Shown here: positions 57,253 through 63,436 of the stretch, one piece after another
Numbering within the stretch: position 1 is the stretch's first letter
Layout of the letters: the number at the start of each line of letters is the position of its first letter
Assembly (NCBI GenBank): GCA_033852045.1
Contig: JAWSVF010000008.1
Location: forward strand, 77,390-141,389
Reading direction: 5' to 3'
DNA length: 64,000 nt
Source: Pseudomonas sp.
Lineage (GTDB): Bacteria; Pseudomonadota; Gammaproteobacteria; Pseudomonadales; Pseudomonadaceae
Made by a program: the position numbers and the translations under genes
The notes under the pieces: generated by a model
The model's input: only the letters and a program-made list of their open reading frames with translations
The model's database searches: none
What the model was told of the DNA's origin: nothing

Positions 57253-57277
57253 AGCCCGCCACTGAGCGGGTTTTTTT
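57253..57277 (+). terminator. Terminator hairpin 3 of a triple tandem set
   Basis: GCCCGC-CACTGA-GCGGG followed by TTTTTTT. It ends directly at the alpA leader. Confidence 0.65.
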
Positions 57278-57295
57278 ATGCCTGGAGAAAAGCCA

Positions 57296-57505
57296 ATGGC
57301 GCATCTACCTCGTAATACCAGCCGTTTCATTAAGTTGGCCAAGGTAAAGGAGTACACCGCCCTTTCTACCACCGAAATCTACCGTCGCATCAGTAAAGGC
57401 AGCTTCCCGGCTCAGGTCAATCTTGGACCTAAGTCAGTAGCCTGGATCGAATCAGAAGTATTGCAGTGGTGTGACGATCTGGCCGCACAGCGCGAGGTGT
57501 CCTGA
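57296..57505 (+). CDS. alpA: AlpA-family phage/island transcriptional regulator (HTH_17, excisionase-like)
   Basis: RFIKLAKVKEYTALSTTEIYRRISKGSFPAQVNLGPKSVAWIESEVLQWC matches the AlpA pattern. The ATG at 57296 has a GGAG Shine-Dalgarno sequence. The ATG at 57278 sits inside the terminator T-tract. Confidence 0.8.
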   Translation: MAHLPRNTSRFIKLAKVKEYTALSTTEIYRRISKGSFPAQVNLGPKSVAWIESEVLQWCDDLAAQREVS

Positions 57506-57506
57506 C

Positions 57507-57650
57507 ATGAAAAAAGCGACCCGTTCCAAAGAACAAAGCCGCCCTGACAAGGCTCATATTACCACTGAACAGGCTGGCAATTTGATTCGCATTATCCCCC
57601 GTCTGGTGCCTAAGGCACCCACCACCATCAATCGCTACCGCATCGTCTAA
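57507..57650 (+). CDS. Possible small ORF (47 aa), hypothetical
   Basis: The ATG is 2 nt after the alpA stop. The product is basic (MKKATRSKEQSRPDK...). It is below the ORF-track cutoff and has no homology evidence. Confidence 0.3.
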   Translation: MKKATRSKEQSRPDKAHITTEQAGNLIRIIPRLVPKAPTTINRYRIV

Positions 57651-57664
57651 CCGGGAGTAAAACC

Positions 57665-58582
57665 ATGACTATTAAAAACGGCGCTGCTGCGCTGGTGGGA
57701 TCGGCTTGCCTGAATTCAGTAGAACTGGCATTCCGCGACGCAATGCAAAACTTTTTCGGCCCCCTGAACTTCATGCCTACCGCCGACGGGAAGCGTCATT
57801 ATTTCCACATAGCAGATGACGGACCCGGCACGCGCAATGGTTGGTATGTCCTATACGTGGATGGGACCGAATCCGGTAATTATGGGAATCGAGAGACGGG
57901 GGTCTCGTATACCTGGAAAAGTCATGATTTCGCGGATCCATATAAGGCGCTAGACGCAGCGCACCGTACGTTTAAAGTTACGCGCCAGCTGAAAATAGAA
58001 CAATGTCAGCAGCATCAAGCCGCCGCGGCCGAAGCGGAACATCTGTGGGCCACAGGTCTGCCCGCTGATCCTAAACACCCCTATCTGATTGCTAACGGTT
58101 GCTCACCATTTGGTCTCCGCCAACATGGTGAGGCACTGCTGGTGCCCCTATATCAAGACCGCAAGCTGGCAAACCTGCAACGTATTTACCCTGATGGCAG
58201 GAAGCACTTTATACAGGAGGGGCGAATACAGGGATGCTACTCACCAATTGGTCGGCGAAGTCAGAGCAAATCAATCTACATCTGCAAAAGCTGGGCAACC
58301 GGCGCGATGATTCATGCTGCAACAGGCGCTGCGGTCGCTTGCGCAATGAACCCAGACAATCTGCTGGAGGTCTGGCACCAGCTGCAACTGCTCTATCCGA
58401 ATAATCCGCTGATCTGCGCTGAAAGCCATAACCGTCGAACCGACCGCAACCCTGCACGCACCGCTCGCAACAATGTGGCCATCGCTATGGGCTGCAGTTT
58501 GATATTGGCGCCGCTCCCTGACGATACATTGCCGGAGCTTTCCGATCTCAACGATTTAGCCGACTGGAGGGCCACACAATGA
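57665..58582 (+). CDS. Toprim-domain primase-like protein (P4 alpha / TraC-type), catalytic motifs apparently degenerate
   Basis: The segment GRIQGCYSPIG...IYICKSWATGAMIHAATGAAVACAMNPDNL...LICAESHN aligns by eye with the Toprim_3 pattern (..ICEGYATGASIHEATG...AGNL...IAADND). It lies upstream of, and coupled to, the DUF927 gene. Confidence 0.65.
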   Translation: MTIKNGAAALVGSACLNSVELAFRDAMQNFFGPLNFMPTADGKRHYFHIADDGPGTRNGWYVLYVDGTESGNYGNRETGVSYTWKSHDFADPYKALDAAHRTFKVTRQLKIEQCQQHQAAAAEAEHLWATGLPADPKHPYLIANGCSPFGLRQHGEALLVPLYQDRKLANLQRIYPDGRKHFIQEGRIQGCYSPIGRRSQSKSIYICKSWATGAMIHAATGAAVACAMNPDNLLEVWHQLQLLYPNNPLICAESHNRRTDRNPARTARNNVAIAMGCSLILAPLPDDTLPELSDLNDLADWRATQ

Positions 58583-60330
58583 AAGCAACCACCATCACAC
58601 CGCTGGTAGCTGAAGCCGAAGCACCAACAATTGAGCGGCCCTGTTATCGCGTCTATGAACACGCCATTACGGTGGAGGGCAATAAGCTGCGAGCCGGCGT
58701 CTGGCATCATGGTCAAACATTAGATAAATCGACTGGAGAGTATCTCCCGTTTGATGAATGGCTATGTGGACCTTTACACGTCGACGCGGTTACCCGCAAC
58801 GAGGGCCAGGACGGCGATTATGGGCGATTGCTCAGGCTGCGTAATGCAGACAACCGCGAGCTCACCTGGGCGATGCCCAATGAGCTATTAGCCGGCAAGC
58901 CTGACACGATCCTGTCAGTTCTCCTGAATATGGGGCTGGACGTGGACTACCAGCGCCGCGCCAGAATCTGCCAGTACGTGGCAGCGCAATATCCAAAAGA
59001 ACGAGTGATTGCCGCAACATCCACAGGCTGGCACACCAGTACCCTATTTATTATGCCTCGCCAGAACATCGGCACGGGTAAAGCGATATATCAGAGCGAT
59101 GCCGCCAACGTGGACGACTACCGCCAAGGTGGCACCATGGAAGGCTGGCAAGCGGGCATTGGCGAACTGTGTGAAGGAAACCCGCTGCTGCTGCTCAGTG
59201 TATGCGCTTCGCTGGCCGGGCCACTGCTGTATCACGTGCAACGTCAAGGCGGTGGCTTTCATATCGTGGGGGATTCCAGCACCGGTAAGAGTTCAGCGAT
59301 TCTGGCCGGCGCCTCGGTCTGGGGCCATGGGGAAGACTTCAAGCGCACATGGCGCGCGACTGGCAACGGCCTGGAGGGCATCGCCAGCCAACGCAATGAC
59401 ACCCTGCTAGCGCTGGACGAGATCGGAGAGGCGGACCCACGGGAAATAGGTGCCGTGGTCTATGCAATGGCTAACGGCACCGGCAAGGCCAGAGCAAGCC
59501 GTAACGGATCCGCTCGAGCGGCAAAGCGCTGGCGGGTGATGCTCTTTTCATCGGGCGAGCTGGGACTATCGGCGCTGATGGCCGAGGGCGGCAAGCGTAG
59601 CCGTGCGGGACAGGAAATTCGTCTGATAGATATACCGGTTCGCCGCCCCTACGGCGCTTGGGACAAGCTCCACGGCATGGTGGGAGGTCGGGAGTTTTCT
59701 GATGCGATACAACGCTCTAGCGTGACGCATTTCGGTCACGCCGGACCTCAATTTATCCGGAAGCTCCTAGAGATTGGCGAACAAGACCAGCTGCCTGCCA
59801 TGTTGGCGAATTTCTGCAAACACTTCCCTGCGACCAATGGTCAGGAAAGCCGCGCAGCTGAGCGCTTCGCCTTGATCGCCATGGCCGGAGAGCTGGCAAT
59901 TGAGTTCGATATTTTGCCACTACCGCCAGGCACTGCCCGAGATGCAATGCTGGAGTTGTTCGAGGTATGGCGAGCAGGACGAGGTGAAGGACCAAGCGAG
60001 GATCGGCAAATCTTGCGCTCCATAGCTGACTTCATCGCCCGTCATGCGGACACCCGGTTCTCCTCTGTTAATGATGTTCATGGTGAAGTGAGGGACCGCG
60101 CCGGCTATTGGGAGGAAACGGATGGCAGGCGTCTGTATTTATTCAATCGTCCCGGCCTGGAGGACGCCACCAAGGGCTATGACCTGAACCGAGTGGTCCT
60201 GGCGCTGGATTCAGTCCGCGCCCTCGCCAAAAAGGATACCGGCAAGCATCAAGCATTGAGGAGGCTTCCTGATGGGACCAGGAAACGGCTGTACTACATC
60301 GACCCAGCGAAACTAGAGCTGGAAAGTTGA
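58579..60330 (+). CDS. DUF927 domain protein (putative replicative helicase of the island)
   Basis: 583 aa. GWHTS...GGFHIVGDSSTGKSSAIL (Walker A) ...WRATGNGLEGIA...LLALDEIGEADPRE...YAMANGTGKARASRNG...AGQEIRLIDIP is the characteristic DUF927 core. The start overlaps the previous stop (ATGA). Confidence 0.8.
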   Translation: MKATTITPLVAEAEAPTIERPCYRVYEHAITVEGNKLRAGVWHHGQTLDKSTGEYLPFDEWLCGPLHVDAVTRNEGQDGDYGRLLRLRNADNRELTWAMPNELLAGKPDTILSVLLNMGLDVDYQRRARICQYVAAQYPKERVIAATSTGWHTSTLFIMPRQNIGTGKAIYQSDAANVDDYRQGGTMEGWQAGIGELCEGNPLLLLSVCASLAGPLLYHVQRQGGGFHIVGDSSTGKSSAILAGASVWGHGEDFKRTWRATGNGLEGIASQRNDTLLALDEIGEADPREIGAVVYAMANGTGKARASRNGSARAAKRWRVMLFSSGELGLSALMAEGGKRSRAGQEIRLIDIPVRRPYGAWDKLHGMVGGREFSDAIQRSSVTHFGHAGPQFIRKLLEIGEQDQLPAMLANFCKHFPATNGQESRAAERFALIAMAGELAIEFDILPLPPGTARDAMLELFEVWRAGRGEGPSEDRQILRSIADFIARHADTRFSSVNDVHGEVRDRAGYWEETDGRRLYLFNRPGLEDATKGYDLNRVVLALDSVRALAKKDTGKHQALRRLPDGTRKRLYYIDPAKLELES

Positions 60331-60349
60331 TGGCACGCCCTTTCACAGG

Positions 60350-60545
60350 CAGGTGACAGAGGTGATACGGGTGACGGCCCAGTGCCCTGAGGCCTACAGG
60401 CGGCACCCGTGTCGAAGTCCCGCGAGTGACAGAGGTGACCTCTCGGCAAACCTGTCACCCCAGCCACCCTCAGACAAAGCTCAAAGGTGACGGCTACAGC
60501 GCCCGCTGTTCGGGCTTGTCACCCCTGTCGCCCCTGTCACCCCTC
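60350..60545. repeat. Iteron array, putative island replication origin
   Basis: There are about 10 copies of an 8-9 bp motif in both orientations.
- GGTGACAG/GGTGACGG-type copies near 60352, 60369, 60426/60434 and 60486.
- TGTCACCCC at 60453.
- A perfect tandem TGTCACCCC-TGTCGCCCC-TGTCACCCC at 60517-60543.
- The 13-mer GTGACAGAGGTGA occurs twice.
The array lies immediately 3' of the helicase gene. Confidence 0.6.
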
Positions 60546-60568
60546 AAGAAACGCAACAGGAACCTGAT

Positions 60569-60928
60569 ATGAGCGTACTTGCAGATTTAACTGCACGCCT
60601 CGGGCTACTAGACGAACCCCAGCCCGCGCCAGTGACAACAGCGCTAGCAAAACCGAACGAAAGTGCTGCGAATGAAAGCATCGCACCCGATACCCTAAAG
60701 CAGAGCATTGAGCCATTGGGGTATACGCTGACAGCCGCCACCGCGTCACCTGAATGGCGACAGGCCAGAGACCTGTATCTTCAGCACCTAATGACATGCC
60801 GCGCCTGTCACGCGCCTACGAATCGCTACTGCAAGAGTGGTACGAACCTGCGTCAACATTACGACAACACCTCCATGCTGCCGCCTCTTCAGAGCAGTAT
60901 GGAAGAGTCTCTGGCGGACAACCTATGA
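60569..60928 (+). CDS. Hypothetical protein (119 aa)
   Basis: The ORF has an AGGAA Shine-Dalgarno-like sequence 7 nt upstream. It has a Cys pair (CRAC ... YC). No family was recognised. Confidence 0.45.
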   Translation: MSVLADLTARLGLLDEPQPAPVTTALAKPNESAANESIAPDTLKQSIEPLGYTLTAATASPEWRQARDLYLQHLMTCRACHAPTNRYCKSGTNLRQHYDNTSMLPPLQSSMEESLADNL

Positions 60929-61031
60929 ATACCGCGCATGCACATTTATCGACATTGCTATTCTAAAATGGACGGCCGAGATCACGGCCATCAGCGAAGA
61001 GGCTGGCTACACAAAAAGGAGATGTTTTGCC

Positions 61032-61214
61032 ATGCGAACGATCAAACAACAACGGGACAGCCTGCACATGTCGCTGGCGGCCAACAGGCTATTCGAGCAG
61101 GGGATGACACTCGATCAGGTAAACGAGTATCTGGCGACGACGCCGATTGAGGAAATGATCAAGGCTAACGTCGAGCACCTGGAGCGCAAGCACAATACAT
61201 ATGAGGAGGAGTAG
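61032..61214 (+). CDS. Hypothetical small protein (60 aa)
   Basis: This internal ATG of the 125 aa ORF has a good Shine-Dalgarno sequence (AAAGGAG). The product is helical and acidic. The 5' part of the longer ORF overlaps the previous gene. Confidence 0.35.
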   Translation: MRTIKQQRDSLHMSLAANRLFEQGMTLDQVNEYLATTPIEEMIKANVEHLERKHNTYEEE

Positions 61215-61274
61215 CCGCGATTGAGCTAACCAGTGGGCACGAACCTAGAGTCACGCCACCGGATAAGTGTCTTG

Positions 61275-61463
61275 CTACTTTTCGGGATCGATCTCCTTAC
61301 GACCTTCATGTGTGCGGATGAATATAATGCGGTCGTCAGGGCCATAGGTGACGAGCACGCGAGGGGGCGGGATCGGCTCATCTCGTCTGAACAGTGCCCG
61401 AACCCTGTAAGGAACGGCGTTACGAAGCAGGGAGCAGATACGGCTAAAACTGGATACGCTCAT
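61275..61463 (-). CDS. Hypothetical 62 aa ORF; C-terminal half weakly resembles a RelE/ParE toxin core (possible remnant)
   Basis: PRVLVTYGPDDRIIFIRTHEGRKEI resembles the YRLVYQV.D..V.V..V..R.E.Y core of RelE-like toxins. The ORF is about 30 aa too short and has no adjacent antitoxin ORF. Confidence 0.25.
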   Translation of the reverse strand: MSVSSFSRICSLLRNAVPYRVRALFRRDEPIPPPRVLVTYGPDDRIIFIRTHEGRKEIDPEK

Positions 61464-61547
61464 CGGATGGCGAGACCTTTATAGTAGATAGTAAACTAAC
61501 GTCTGATCATGACTTTTCGATTCTCGAGAGCATAGGGGCAACAGTCA

Positions 61548-61754
61548 ATGTCGAACCATACCAAGACACCGAAACCCGAACATGAAAAGCCGAAGCTCAG
61601 CCTGCAGTCGGGCGATCGACTCTGCGAGATCTTTTCCGACAACTCACAGCTCGTCACCGTCGACGGGGTACCAGTAGAGAAACGGGATCCGAGGTCTGTC
61701 TACTCAGTTCTAGAGTCTACCGGCCGCTCGCGGAAGGTGAGCCCAATTAACTGA
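61548..61754 (+). CDS. Hypothetical protein (68 aa)
   Basis: An ORF only, with a weak Shine-Dalgarno sequence. It is divergent from the 62 aa ORF. Confidence 0.3.
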   Translation: MSNHTKTPKPEHEKPKLSLQSGDRLCEIFSDNSQLVTVDGVPVEKRDPRSVYSVLESTGRSRKVSPIN

Positions 61755-61779
61755 TTTTTTAGTAGGTTAGCGAGAGACA

Positions 61780-61802
61780 CAGCGCGGCGCTAAACCGCGC
61801 TG
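61780..61802. other. GC-rich hairpin between convergent island genes
   Basis: CAGCGCGG-CGCTAAA-CCGCGCTG. There is no U-tract, so it is not a canonical terminator. Confidence 0.3.
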
Positions 61803-61808
61803 AGTCGG

Positions 61809-62294
61809 TCACTCTTCCTCTTGCTCGTGATCGTCGTCCTCTCCATCACGATGAGCCGCGAACAAGTCGAACCCCACCCAAATGGTTCGACTGACTGGCC
61901 CGCAGCCCATCCCGCGGGTCGTCAGCTCATAGATCAACGGAACCTCTCCCAGCTCCTCTACATGATCCGCGAGAATGTCGAAATCATCGTTGAACTCGGC
62001 ATCCCGACCAGCGGCTTCAAGCTCGTTGCGTTTTTGCTCAATGACCGCTTCAAGACTCGGATGTATGTAATCGAACTCACCGATTCCATCGATATAGATA
62101 AATCTGAGGGTCGGGACGTCGTCCCATTCCTCCTCCAGATCGTAGTCCGCGTTCGGTCCGCGGCTACCACCATATCCCGATAGAACGACGACACCTGTGA
62201 TCGGACAATGCAAAGCTGGCGGAACCTGACCAAATGGCCAATCGATATTGACGACAGCCCGTTCAAACGTCGGCGACCCGAGCTTTGGAATCAT
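61809..62294 (-). CDS. Hypothetical soluble, strongly acidic protein (161 aa)
   Basis: The ATG at 62294 is preceded by AGAGGAGG. The product is rich in D/E with the tail DGEDDDHEQEEE. The upstream 53 codons of the 214 aa ORF look non-coding. Confidence 0.6.
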   Translation of the reverse strand: MIPKLGSPTFERAVVNIDWPFGQVPPALHCPITGVVVLSGYGGSRGPNADYDLEEEWDDVPTLRFIYIDGIGEFDYIHPSLEAVIEQKRNELEAAGRDAEFNDDFDILADHVEELGEVPLIYELTTRGMGCGPVSRTIWVGFDLFAAHRDGEDDDHEQEEE

Positions 62295-62449
62295 TAAGTT
62301 ACCTCCTCTTGTAGTTTTTAGAAGGATAATATTCGAGGGCATTACCATCCAAGAGTGCACAAGAGAATGGCAAATCTGACATATCAATGTGCGCTCTCCC
62401 GCGCCGCGCCACCTTGAGCGCCTCAGCGGTTGCTGAAATACCGAACGAC

Positions 62450-63436
62450 TCACTCTCTCAGCAAAACGATGGGCTCATAGTTGATGCTGCTCATTGTTTC
62501 AAGAAAGACCGGACCAGGGATCTCGCGCTCGGCAAGGTGATCCAGAAGATATGGTCTGGATAAAGCAACGTCGCTTGCCTCGCGTAACTCTGCAGCTATA
62601 GCTTTAGCCTTTCGACGAGAGGTGCGATAACCGTTGAATTCCTCTTCAGAGTTTGCGAAATCGGTGGGCATGATTTTAGCTGCCAACATGTTGGTACCAA
62701 TCGGATCAAACAGGCTGCAATAGGTCTCGGAGATTTCTATCGCTGAATGGCGGGCTGCATTCATCTCGTCTGCTTTGAGCAGGCACTGAATACGTGCCGC
62801 ATTAGCCATCAGCAAGGCGGAGGTGAGCATCTCTAACAAGTCGGCGTTAAAGGTCTGCTCGTCCAGAAGCGCTCTGATCTCAGCTCGGAAGAACCCGGCT
62901 TCCAAAGCCAAAGCCTCCTCTGTGGTCAACCAGGCGCGCCCAGCATTGCTTCGGTGGGGTATCTGATCAGTCCGCTCCAACAAAACACCTACCCGAGCTA
63001 AATGTTCGCGCAGTCGCTCTTCTTGAGCTTTAGCGAAATGCATATCCATTTGCCTAGACAGGCCTGAAATGGAGTTTTCGATCCCTTTTAAACGCCTGGT
63101 CACAAGCACGAAGCCCACCACACTCACGCCGAGCCCCGCTGCGGCCACTCCCAAGCTTGTGAATCCCAGCAGTTGGAGTCCGCCAACCATAGCTTTGATC
63201 TGGGCAAGCTGAGCACTCGCATACGCCGACGACGCGAGGTTAGTAACGTTGAATGGCGAAAACGGAGTCATATTGGCGGCCGAGACGAGATGCTGTGCCA
63301 GCCCTGTCTCCTGGACGTGAGCGACTATTCGCCCTGACGACACATCTTTTAAGAGTGTGCCAATACGCACTATGCTGCCGTTTGCCAGGCCGCCTGCGAA
63401 TTCAGTTGGGATGCTGAAAGGTATGTTATGCAGCAT
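62450..63436 (-). CDS. Hypothetical membrane protein (328 aa; about 80 aa N-domain, central hydrophobic segment, about 215 aa helical C-domain)
   Basis: The hydrophobic stretch is MVGGLQLLGFTSLGVAAAGLGVSVVGFVLV. The start overlaps the upstream gene by 11 nt. No family was recognised. Confidence 0.65.
   Translation of the reverse strand: MLHNIPFSIPTEFAGGLANGSIVRIGTLLKDVSSGRIVAHVQETGLAQHLVSAANMTPFSPFNVTNLASSAYASAQLAQIKAMVGGLQLLGFTSLGVAAAGLGVSVVGFVLVTRRLKGIENSISGLSRQMDMHFAKAQEERLREHLARVGVLLERTDQIPHRSNAGRAWLTTEEALALEAGFFRAEIRALLDEQTFNADLLEMLTSALLMANAARIQCLLKADEMNAARHSAIEISETYCSLFDPIGTNMLAAKIMPTDFANSEEEFNGYRTSRRKAKAIAAELREASDVALSRPYLLDHLAEREIPGPVFLETMSSINYEPIVLLRE

Noticed and set aside
57133-57372. 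79 aa minus-strand ORF between orf335 and alpA
   Set aside because: It spans the three terminator hairpins and overlaps the alpA 5' end. The hairpin and T-tract structure explains the sequence better.
60517-60543. Tandem TGTCACCCC repeats considered as a CRISPR-like array
   Set aside because: The units are only 9 bp and contiguous, with no spacers and no cas genes. This is consistent with iterons, not CRISPR.
62295-62453. N-terminal 53 codons of the 214 aa ORF (GTG start)
   Set aside because: The translation is non-protein-like. A strong Shine-Dalgarno sequence precedes the internal ATG at 62294.
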